Shown here piece after piece: positions 27,846 to 41,291 of a stretch of DNA of 64,000 bases. The position numbers and the translations under genes are program-made. Source of the stretch: Macrostomum lignano (Eukaryota); assembly GCA_002269645.1 (NCBI GenBank), contig NIVC01001823.1, positions 1 through 64,000 of the forward strand, read 5' to 3'. Position 1 is the first letter of the stretch. Each line of letters opens with the position of its first letter. A model generated the notes under the pieces. It was not told the origin of the DNA. It was given only the letters and a program-made list of their open reading frames with translations, and did not search any database.

Positions 27846-28226
27846 TCACATGTATAAAAATTTCAATTTGCCACTCTTTAGATTTTGACACACTTCTTTA
27901 TCATATGCTACTTACATAAGTAGCCAAAAATCATATTATTTAATAAAAAATTGCCAGCCTTAAATTAAGGCTTGAAGTTGCATTGTCTTACAGAAAAATG
28001 TTTACACTAACTCACCGCGTCACCGCAAACTAACCAGCATGCTGACAAATTAACAAATCTCCCGCAGTCCCTTCACCGTCGCTTCTCCCTGCGCGAGCGA
28101 GGCGAACGTCAGTCGCAGTCACCCGCACCGGCAGGCGGTGCAACAAATCAATCGACAACCCTCCTGCGAACTGCTACGCTAACCGCGGCAGCAGCCACCG
28201 CGTCCAGCCAGCTGCAGCTTGGCGAG

Positions 28227-29054
28227 ATGAACTCCTCGTCTGCCAGACGGCCTTCGGTCTCGTCGACCACCTCAACAGGTGACAGCGGTCTCGGTCGCGG
28301 TGGCGGCGGCGGACTTCAACAGTACCGCAGCCGTCACGATTACCTGTACGCCATGACCGAGGACCTCGCCGATTGGCTCAACTTCCTCTACGATCGCGAC
28401 ATCACTGTGGAGTCTTTCTTTGACGAACTGGCCAATGGAGCTCTGCTGTGCATCCATGCTGGTCAGCTGCAGCTGGCAGCCGAGGAGTACTTCTCCGGCC
28501 AGCAGGCCCAGCATCAGCAACATCAGCAGCGCCAGAAACTCCTGCGGCTGCCACCGTCAGCGCCGCGCTACCGTCTTGAAGCCAAGGCGGGCACCTTCCA
28601 GGCCAGAGACAACATCGCCAACTTCATCAGCTGGTGCCGCAGTCTGGGCCTGCCCGACTGTCTGCTGTTCGAGACCGAGGATCTGGCCAACCGGAAGAAC
28701 ACGCGTCACGTGATTCTCTGCCTGCTCGAAGTGGCGAGAGCCGGCGCGACGTTCGGTGTTGAGGTGCCGGAGCTTGTGAGATTCGAGCGCGAGATCGATG
28801 AGCAGGAGCTGAGTTGCAGTAGCAGCAGTAGCAGCTGCATCAGCAACGACTCAGGCCTGGCCTCAGCTGCCAGCCCGGCAGTCTCTGCTGCTAAGCCGAA
28901 TGCTTCATCATCGGCAAGACCAGCTTCCAAGCAGCAGAGCTCATCGAGCTCAAGACGCGGTACTGAGGCTCCTGCAGCCGCTACCGCCCTGCCGGCATTC
29001 AAGCGTAAAAAACCCGTTCGATGGCAGTGCGACCTGAAATCGCTGGATGAGCTG
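28227..29054 (+). CDS. GAS2: GAS2-family (CH + GAR) actin-microtubule crosslinker, exon with calponin-homology domain
   Basis: AMTEDLADWLNFLY...FQARDNIANFISWCRSLG..CLLFETEDL..RKN.RHVILCLLEVAR..ELVRFEREID (GAS2-type CH). Donor CTG|GTAGGT at 29055. The exon probably begins at acceptor 28068. Symbol denotes the family. Confidence 0.92.
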
Positions 29055-29225
29055 GTAGGTTCGAGTCTGTCACCGTTGTTTTTCTGGATTTGAATTCTGT
29101 TGGGTTGGGTGGCTCCGGTTTTTGATTGAGGTCGGACCCGACTTTGAGATTACTTGTTTGCTTTCATTGGGTTCAGTTTGCTATTAGATAAATTCTTTGC
29201 GACTCTCTTGAATTCTCTGGATAAC

Positions 29226-30290
29226 CCTCTACGACATCTGGCCCTCTAGGACTCTGGCCCTCTATGATCTCTGGCCCTCTATGATCTCTGGCTCTTTATG
29301 ACCTCTGGCCCTCTATGATCTCTGGCCCTCAATGACCTCTGGCCCTCTATGACCTCTGGCCCTCTATGATCTCTGGCCTCCTATGACCTCTGGCCCTCTA
29401 TGATCTCTGGCTCTTTATGATCTCTGGCCCTCTATGATCTCTGGCCCTCTATGATCTCTGGCCCTCTATGATCTCTGGCCCTCTATGATCTCTGGCTCTT
29501 TATGACCTCTGGCCCTCTATGATCTCTGGCCCTCAATGACCTTTGGCCCTCATGACCTCTGGCACTCTATGACCTCTGGCCCTCATGACCTCTGGCACTC
29601 TATGACCTCTGGCCCTCTATGATCTCTGGCCTCCTATGACCTCTGGCCCTCTATGACCTCTGGTCTCCTATGACCTCTGGCACTCTATGACCTCTGGTCT
29701 CCTATGACCTCTGGCCCTCTATGAACTCTGGCCCTCTATGACCTCTGGCCCTCTATGACCTCTGGCCCTCTATGATCTCTGGCTCTCTATGACCTCTGGC
29801 CCTCTATGACCTCTGGCCCTCTATGATCTCTGGTTCTCTATGACCTCTCGCACTCTATGACCTCTGGCCTCCTATGACCTCTGGCCCTCTATGATCTCTG
29901 GCCCTTTATGACCTCTGGCACTCTATGATCTCTGGCCCTCTATGACCTCTGGCCCTCTATGATCTCTGGTTCTCTATGACCTCTGGCCCTCTATGAACTC
30001 TGGCCCTCTATGATCTCTGGTTCTCTATGACCTCTGGCCCTCTATGAACTCTGGCCCTCTATGAACTCTGGCCCTCTATGAACTCTGGCCCTCTATGACC
30101 TCTGGCCTCCTATGACCTCTGGCCCTCTATGACCTCTGGCCTCCTATGACCTCTGGCCCTCTATGACCTCTGGCCTCCTATGACCTCTGGCCCTCTATGA
30201 CCTCTGGCCTCCTATGACCTCTGGCCCTCTATGACCTCTGGCCTCCTATGACCTCTGGTCTCTTATGACTCTCTGGCCTCCTATGACCCT
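29226..30290. repeat. 17-bp minisatellite (CTCTATGACCTCTGGCC), about 60 units, in GAS2 intron
   Basis: Direct reading. Confidence 0.95.
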
Positions 30291-30744
30291 ATGACCCTCT
30301 TTGACCCTCAGACACCTGACACTCGCACACCTCTGACCCTCAGACACCTCTGATCCTCGGGCAGACGTCCTCTGACTCTCTTTAACCATTTAAAATCTTA
30401 ACCCACCAACCCTTATGAAAACAAAAAATGAAGTCTTATAATATAAGAAAAAAATTTAAATATTTTGATCGCTCATAACCCTGTTGCACAGCGTGCCAGA
30501 CACAAAATGGTGAGTAGTATAAAAGTATAAAAAATTATGTCAATGTAGCAGTGTTTTTTTCGGTGTAGGTACCGCCAACTTTTCCTAATATTTATGCGCT
30601 TGAATTTTTGGTACAAGGGTGTACTTTGATAATACACCTACGGTAATTGTCAAATTGACAGTCACTCATTGCTTTCATATTTTTATAGGATACCACATGG
30701 GTTTGGGTTATGCTGTGTCCCTCCCTTATCCAGCTATAAATTTG

Positions 30745-31662
30745 CTGTTGACCCAGGCTATTATGGTGCTGACCCAGGCTATTACGGTGCTGACCCAGAT
30801 ACTATGGTGCTGACCCAGGCTATTATGGTGCTGACCCAGGCTATTATGGTGCTGACCCAGGCTATTATGGTGCTGACCCAGATACTATGGTGCTGACCCA
30901 GGCTATTATGGTGCTGACCCAGATACTATGGTGCTGACCCAGGCTATTATGGTGCTGACCCAGATACTACGGTGCTGACCCAGGCTATTATGGTGCTGAC
31001 CCAGGCTATTATGGTGCTGACCCAGGCTATTATGGTGCTGACCCAGATACTATGGTGCTGACCCAGGCTATTATGGTGCTGACCCAGATACTATGGTGCT
31101 GACCCAGGCTATTATGGTGCTGACCCAGATACTACGGTGCTGACCCAGGCTATTATGGTGCTGACCCAGGCTATTATGGTGCTGACCCAGATACTATGGT
31201 GCTGACCCAGGCTATTACGGTGCTGACCCAGGCTATTATGGTGCTGACCCAGGCTATTACGGTGCTGACCCAGGCTATTATGGTGCTGACCCAGGCTATT
31301 ATGGTGCTGACCCAGGCTATTATAGTGCTGACCCAGGCTATTATAGTCATGCTTGGGCGCAACCTTGGGAATCACCCGGCCGTTTCTATTAGCAACACAC
31401 ACATGTGGCTCAAGCCCCATAGCGACTTACATGTGTGTGTTGCTAATAGAAACGGCCGGGTGATTCCCAAGGTTGCGCATGTGTGATTATAGTGCTGACC
31501 CAGGCTATTATAGTGCTGACCCAGGCTATTATAGTGCTGACCCAGGCTATTATAGTGCTGACCCAGGCTATTATAGTGCTGACCCAGGCTATTATAGTGC
31601 TGACCCAAATACTTTGATGCCGACCCAGATACTATGGTGCTGACCTTGATACTATGGTGCTC
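30745..31662. repeat. 20/21-bp minisatellite (TGCTGACCCAGGCTATTATGG), interrupted by a MITE
   Basis: Direct reading. Confidence 0.95.
31348..31485. mobile_element. 138-bp hAT-type MITE
   Basis: Perfect 50-bp inverted repeat (31357-31406 / 31429-31478) around a 22-nt spacer, CA...TG termini, 8-bp target-site duplication ATTATAGT (31340-31347 and 31486-31493). Confidence 0.8.
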
Positions 31663-31732
31663 ACCCAGAGACTAGAGAAGGTTTCACTAGGCCTACACTA
31701 TTTAACAATTTTCTGCCTCAAACAACCGGCAG

Positions 31733-31840
31733 GTTCGCGAGCTGATCAACGAGTGCACCTGCGAGCAGACCTTCCCGATGAAACGGCTGGACGAAGGAAA
31801 ATACCTGTTTGGAGATGCTCAGATGCTCATCTTTGTTAGG
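31733..31840 (+). CDS. GAS2: GAS2-family exon, N-terminal part of the GAR domain
   Basis: VRELINECTCEQTFPMKRLDEGKYLFGDAQMLIFVR; gcAG acceptor, AGG|GTGAGC donor, 108 nt, phase 0/0. Confidence 0.93.
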
Positions 31841-31848
31841 GTGAGCTG

Positions 31849-34880
<3,032 letters not shown>

Positions 34881-34891
34881 CTACCCCATAG

Positions 34892-35428
34892 GTACTGCGC
34901 AATCACGTGATGGTTCGAGTAGGCGGAGGCTGGGACTCCCTCGAGCACCTGCTGATGAAGCATGACCCCTGCCGCTCGGCAGGCAACAGCAGCCGCTCCG
35001 GGGTCCCCATCAACCACCAGGAAGAGCGCCAGCGCCGCCAGCAGCAGCAAAAGCAGACAGAAGACAAAACAGCAGCTGCAGCTCCATCAACAGCAGCCCC
35101 AGCTTCATCAACAGCAGCCCCAGCTTCATCACCCAGCAAAGACCCGGAAGCAGACGGTGAGAAAAAAGACGAGAAATTTGTTCGCCCAAGCCAGCCGGCG
35201 CCGAAGAAGGCCTCTTCCGCGCAGCAGCAGCAGCAGCAGAAGCGACAGCAGCCGCCCCTCCAGCAGAAGTCGCCGATGTCAGCGATCGACGCTCACCGAC
35301 GGAATTCCCTGCAGCCCCGCCGGGCGCCGTCGCCAGTTTCGTCTCCTTCGGCGTCGCCGCTGACAGCTCGAAGGCAGCCGCAGCAGCAGCGACCGGCAGC
35401 TTCTTCCAGCCGGCTTTCTAAGAAATGA
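34892..35428 (+). CDS. GAS2: GAS2-family terminal exon, rest of the GAR domain plus low-complexity tail
   Basis: [28 protein letters not shown] (GAR signature MVRVGGGW); ccatAG acceptor, phase 0; stop at 35426-35428. Protein from ATG 28227 is 490 aa. Confidence 0.92.
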   Translation, partial: VLRNHVMVRVGGGWDSLEHLLMKHDPCRSAGNSSRSGVPINHQEERQRRQQQQKQTEDKTAAAAPSTAAPASSTAAPASSPSKDPEADGEKKDEKFVRPSQPAPKKASSAQQQQQQKRQQPPLQQKSPMSAIDAHRRNSLQPRRAPSPVSSPSASPLTARRQPQQQRPAASSSRLSKK

Positions 35429-35539
35429 CATAGTTGGAGATTTGTGTAAGCCTGCGGTTCTGCGACATGGCAATACAGAGTCTGTGATTCTGCCTTGATT
35501 GTCTGCCATGGATGTGATGGTTAGAGAGCTTCTCGGTCT

Positions 35540-36065
35540 CTGCTTGTCACTCCTGCTTGTCACTCTCCCTGCACTACCCTCACTTTCGTACTTTTCAATA
35601 CCCTTCTACTTGTCACTCTCCCTCTACTTGTCACCCTCCCTCTCCTTTTCACTCTCCCTCTCCTTGTCACTCTCCCCCTCCTTGTCACTCTCCCTCTCCT
35701 TTTCACTCCCCCTCTACTTGTCACTCCCCCTCTACTTGTCACTTCCCCTCTACTTGTCACTTCCCCTCTACTTGTCACTCCCCCTCTACTTGTCACTTCC
35801 CCTCTACTTGTCACTCCCCCTCTACTTGTCACTCCCCCTATACTTGTCACTCCCCCTCACTCCCCCTCTACTTGTCACTCCCCCTCTACTTGTCACTCTC
35901 CCTCTCCTTGTCACTTTTACTCTACTTGTCACTCTTCCACTACTTGTCACTCTCCCTCTCCTTGTCACTCTTCCACTACTTGTCACTCTCCCTCTCCTTG
36001 TCACTCTCCCTTTACTTATCACTCTCCATCTACTTTTCACCCTATCTACTTGTCACTCTCGTTCC
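35540..36065. repeat. 18-bp minisatellite (CCCCTCTACTTGTCACTC)
   Basis: Direct reading. Confidence 0.9.
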
Positions 36066-36744
36066 AACTGTCACTCTATTTCTGCAACAGTTCCTTCTTT
36101 GCAAGTTTAAGAATTCCACTTTAACACAAAATTAAAGTTGGTGAATTTTTGCCTCTAAATTTTACCCAGATATCGGCCATTTAAAGGTTTCTATTGTATA
36201 TAAAATGCTTTTTATAGACTGGTTTTAGAATTCAAAGTCCTGCTATTACTACTAATATTGTTTCTACTTAGTAGTATGTGCATGCCCTTGCAGTCATTTT
36301 AATCTGTACTTTTTAGCATCACATTTACCAACAACATCACACATCCAGCAGTTGCACACATTGGTGTCAAATTTTGGAATATTATCGCTTCAATTAATGC
36401 AAACTGTTGATCTGCATTCCCGCAGTCTTTTGCTTGTCGTACGGATTGCACTAAATTTGGTTTTTGCATCTCTTTTGGCCTGTGAAATATTTCCATCCCT
36501 ACTACTATAAAACTTTAGTATCGGTGTAGTAGGCAGTTTAGAATATGACAGACATTTTTGTGCAATTTTTAAATAATTTTTTAACATTGACTGAAGTGTA
36601 ATTGGTAAAGTATCTTTTGCGATTCAGAGCTGTTTAGTACAAATACTAAGGTAATTCACCTGCACTGTGATCCCGCTGCCCATTGTCTGGCGTAGCAGCT
36701 AAAATGATTTTTTTCTGGCGCGTTAGAGAGGTTTGAAAAGAAAG

Positions 36745-37695
36745 AAGGAATGAAGGGATGGGAAGGAATGAAGAAAGGGATGGAAAGGAATGAAGGAAGG
36801 GATGGAAAGGAATGAAGGAATGAGAAGGAATGAATGAAGGGAAGGAATGAAGGGATGGGAAGAAATGAATGAAGGGAAGGAATGAAGGAATGGGAAGGAA
36901 TGAATGGAGGAAAGGAATGAAGGGATGGGAAGGAATGAAGGAAGGGATGGAAAGGAATTAAGGGATGGGAAGGAATGGAGGGATGGGAAGGAATGAAGGG
37001 ATGGGAAGGAATGGAGGGATGGGAAGGAATGAAGGGATGGGAAGGAATGGAGGGATGGGAAGGAATGAATGAATGGGAAGGAATGAAGGGATGGGAAGGA
37101 ATGAAGGGATGGGAAGGGATGAAGGAAGGGATGGAAAGGAATTAAGGGATGGGAAGGAATGGAGGGATGGGAAGGAATGAAGGGATGGGAAGGAATGAAT
37201 GAATGGGAAGGAATGAAGGGATGGGAAGGAATGAAGGGATGGGAAGGGATGAAGGAAGGGATGGAAAGGAATTAAGGGATGGGAAGGAATGGAGGGATGG
37301 GAAGGAATGAAGGAATGGGAAGGAATGAATGGAGGGAAGGAATGAAGGGATGGGAAGGAATGAAGGAAGGGATGGAAAGGAATTAAGGGATGGGAAGGAA
37401 TGGAGGGATGGGAAGGAATGAAGGGATGGGAAGGAATGGAGGGATGGGAAGGAATGAAGGGATGGGAAGGAATGGAGGGATGGGAAGGAATGAAGGGATG
37501 GGAAGGAATGGAGGGATGGGAAGGAATGAAGGGATGGGAAGGAATGAATGAATGGGAAGGAATGAAGGGATGGGAAGGAATGAAGGGATGGGAAGGGATG
37601 AAGGGATGGGAAAGAATGAAGGGATGGGAAGGAATGAAGGGATGGGAAGGGATGAAGGGATGGGAAAGAATGAAGGGATGGGAAGGAATGAAGGT
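36745..37695. repeat. Purine-rich 18-bp minisatellite (GGAAGGAATGAAGGGATG)
   Basis: Direct reading. Confidence 0.93.
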
Positions 37696-38144
37696 ATGAA
37701 GTGGAATGAAGGATCGAGGTAAGGAATGAAAAGCCGAGAGATTAAGGAATGCTGCAGGCTGGCTCCGAACCCAGTTGAATTCGGAAAGAAGAGTAATGCC
37801 TACCGCAAAGCCAATGCTTTTCACTTTCCAAATGTTTTTCCTGTCCTGTTCTCACGCGTCGCACCTGGGTTTCTGTTGCTATGCAAGTTTGTTATTTAGT
37901 TTAGATGTTTGAACTTTTTAGGGAAAATTGAATAATGAAAATTCCATTTGATCGCTTATCTCGGTCATCAAATGTGAGGCGTTTTAGAATTTCAAAATAT
38001 ACACATGAAACTTGGCTGCATCAGTTGTAAGAAGGATTTGTGAAATACTTCAATTTGTTCTCATAATTGCTTCTTTTTGAACTGGAGTTCATATTCATAT
38101 TTGCTTAGGGCTGAGTTGCTTGCGAGATAAAGATTAGAGATTTC

Positions 38145-38475
38145 TAATTAGAGGTTTATTACCTGGATAATGGGGTCTCAAATTATAGATCTATTACCTG
38201 AATAATGGAGTCTCTAATTATAGATTTATTACCTGGATAATGGGGTCTCAAATTATAGATCTATTACCTGAATAATGGAGTCTCTAATTATAGATTTATT
38301 ACCTGGATAATGGAGTCTCTAATTATAGATTTATTACCTGGATAATGGGGTCTCTAATTATAGATCTATTACCTGGAAAATGGGGTCTCTAATTAGAGGA
38401 TTATTACCTGGATAATGGGATTATAATTAGAGATTTATTACCTGGATAATGGGGTCTCTAATTATAGATCTATTA
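38145..38475. repeat. 35-bp minisatellite (ACCTGGATAATGGGGTCTCTAATTATAGATTTATT), about 9 units
   Basis: ACCTG recurs at 38161, 38196, 38231 and onward. Confidence 0.9.
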
Positions 38476-38805
38476 CAATCTCTCTCATTCTCTCTCTCTC
38501 TCTCTCCCTCTCTCTCCCTCTCTCTCCATCTCTCTCCCAGTCTCCCTCTCTCTCCCTCTCTCTCCCTCTCTCTCCCTCTCTCTCCTTCTCTCTCCCTCTC
38601 TCTCCCTCTCTCTCCCAGTCTCCCTCTCTCTCCCTCTCCCTCTCTCTCCCTCTCTCTCCTCTCTCCCTCTCTCTCCCTCTCTCTCTTTCTCTCTCCCTCT
38701 CTCTCCCTCTCTCTCCCTCTCTCTCCCTCTCCCCTCTCTCCCTCTCTCTCCCTCTCTCTCCCTCTCTCTCCCTCTCTCTCCCTCTCCCCTCTCTCCCTCT
38801 CCTTA
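38476..38805. repeat. CT-rich low-complexity tract abutting the retroelement
   Basis: Direct reading. Confidence 0.9.
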
Positions 38806-38806
38806 C

Positions 38807-39158
38807 CTATTTATTTTGCCATTTATTTTTACAATTTTTATTCTACACTTAAAGGTCGTCTTGGCCCAATTGTACAGTTTTAGCCACCCCCCGCTTTTCT
38901 CATAGTCTCGGACTCGTTTTAATGTACTGACCATGCGCACTGTTTTAAGTGCTTGAGCACATCAATTTATCAATCGTCTCTCCCTGGCGATATCGCCTTT
39001 ATATATTGACGGCAATTCGCGCCAAATAAACTTCACTCGCTTACAGCCCTGACGAAGAAATTTAATTTCGAAATATCGGCTACTCAATTTAAATTGACTT
39101 TTTTCAGTCCTTTCTGACTTTCTACCGTGTCAGTGCCCGAGTTTGGAGGCGCCCTCCT
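38807..39158 (+). repeat. 5' pseudo-LTR of the Penelope-like element
   Basis: Aligns to 43671-44022 with 13 substitutions. Contains palindrome GGCGATATCGCC, TATA-like TTTATATA, AATAAA (39025) and a hammerhead. Confidence 0.9.
39045..39081 (+). ncRNA. Minimal type I hammerhead ribozyme, copy 1
   Basis: AGCC-CTGACGA-A-GAAAT-TTA-ATTTC-GAAA-TAT-C-GGCT: CUGANGA and GAAA cores, 5-bp stem II, palindromic AUAU stem III, AUC cleavage triplet, 4-bp stem I AGCC/GGCT. Confidence 0.8.
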
Positions 39159-39217
39159 CTCTCTCTCTCTCTCTCTCCCTCTCTCTTTGGCCAGCACCGG
39201 TAATTCATTTGGACAAC

Positions 39218-41260
39218 ATGAGTTCAGCAACTAACTTCCGTCAGCAACGTCAGTGGTTCAACAGTCGGAGACGCATTGGACGTCAAGTTGAACCTCAGAG
39301 TAACAGTGAACGACCTGCAAGGCCCAGACAGCCTGCCAATCTGCCTCCGCCAGGACCACAGCAACAGCCCTTCAGCAACCAAGTCGCGGCAGCGTGCAAG
39401 GGACTGTGCAGGATCCATCACCATCTGCAGAACTGGTCTCGCCCGGCAGCTCCAGTGACAGTCCGAAGGAAGGCAGATAGCCTGACCTTATTCCTCTGTC
39501 CAGCGTTCCAGAGCAAGGAGACTCACCAGCGCTTTGAATCCAACGCCCTACAGTGGCTGGTGCACACAACGGCGGACATGAGGACGCATTACGGCACGCA
39601 GTTCGCAGCGGTGGCCGAGAAGTTGGAGCAGCTTCGACTATCTGGCCCGGTGGAGGAATTCAAGACCGGCTGGCTCGTAGGCATCCGTTGGGCCGCTAAC
39701 AAGATTGGCAGAGCCTGGAGTCCCCGCATACTTGACGGGGTGATGGAGCGCCTGCACACCCATGGGTTCAAGGCACTGGCTGGCTGTCTGAGTGAACCGG
39801 CTACGCAGCTCCAGGCCACACCCCATTCCCAAGCGTCGACCGCTGCCCCACCTACGTCCAGTTCGTTGGCTTCCATCATCGAGGAGGCGTCGGAGGAGCT
39901 CATGTCCATTTTCGAGACTGGAGCTAACGCGCCGGCGGCTTCAATGGCGGCCTCGTCGGCGACCGCGCCGGCGGCCTCGTCGGCGACCGCGCCGGCGGCC
40001 TCGTAGGAGACCACGCCGGCGGCCTTGTCGGCGACTGCGTCGGCGGCTTCATCGGCGGCCTCGTCGGCGACCGCGCCGGCGGCCTCGTCGGCGACTGCGC
40101 CGGCGGCTTCATCGGCGGCGTCGTCGGTGACCGCGCCGGCGGCCCCGTTGGCGACCGCGCCGGCGGCTTTACCGGCGGCCCCGTTGGCGACCGCGCCGGC
40201 GGCTTCATCGGCGGCCTCGTCGGCGACCGCGCTGGCAGCTTTATCGGCGGCCCCGTTGGCGACCGCGCCGGCGGCTTCATCGGCGGCCTCGTCGGCGACC
40301 GCGCCGGCGGGTTCATTGGCGGCCTCTTCGGCGACCGCGCCGGCGGCTTTATCGGCGGCCCCGTTGGCGACCGCGCCGGCGCCTTCATCGGCGGCCTCGT
40401 CGGCGACCGCGCCGGCGGGTTCATTGGCGGCCTCTTCGGCGACCGCGCCGCCGGCCTCGTCATCATCGTCAGCTCGAGAAGAGAACTCTACGGCGCCATC
40501 CACACGGAACTGTGCCTCAATTGAGACTCCGACAAACAGGGAGGTGTCCCTCCCCATGACTACGTCTACTGGTGTCCCAGAGACTGTCACCGCCCGGACA
40601 AGTGAAGATGCCGCTGACTCCGGAACCCCGGCGGCCACCAGGAAGAGACCCCCATCTGGTTCTCCTGAATCCGGGAGTCTCATGCAGCCGTCGAAGACTG
40701 CCAGAAGCTTACGGGAGAACAAAGTCATCTACCACCACGGAGCCAAGAAGCACTGGAAGCTGAGGTCGAAGCAGAAGCCCACCCTGGTGATCGCTGACCA
40801 GAACGTGGAATTCGTGAAGCTGGCCTCGCTAGACCTGGAGGTGCACTGCTTCCCAGGCCTCACGCTGGACTACCTGAAGAACATCAGCAAGGTGGAGAAT
40901 GCGAGTCCCGACACGGGCCGCGTCATCGTCTGGGCCGGCAACAACGACCTCCACCGTGAGAGCTTCGACTTCTCCATCGCCATCTGGAAGATGAGCCTGA
41001 CAAAAATCAGGAAGGCTTTCCCCGGTGCGTCAATCTGGGTGGTGCAGACCGTGTGCCCCCCCCCCGATGCGCCGGCGCTCCAGAAGAATAACTGCCGCAA
41101 GACTAACCAGCTCCTGAGCAGCTACCGGTCCGTCAGCCTGATCTCGCTGGACACCAAGGACCTGGCATTCCGACGGGACCAGATCAGCCTGGAGCGACAG
41201 TCTGCTGATGGGGCGTTCGCCGTCGCCCTGGAGACGGCGGGCGACCTTCCAAAAAACTGA
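39218..41260 (+). pseudogene. PLE ORF1: N-terminal domain, Ala/Ser/Thr/Pro repeat, C-terminal SGNH/GDSL-esterase-like fold; one internal TAG
   Basis: ATG 39218. TAG at 40004-40006 replaces TCG in the AASSATAP repeat and the same frame continues to TGA 41258. LVIADQN / VHCFPG / VIVWAGNND / RDQISL align with SGNH blocks I, II, III and V. Confidence 0.7.
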
Positions 41261-41291
41261 GCGGGCCGAGGGCGAGCCGTGGGCCACCCAA

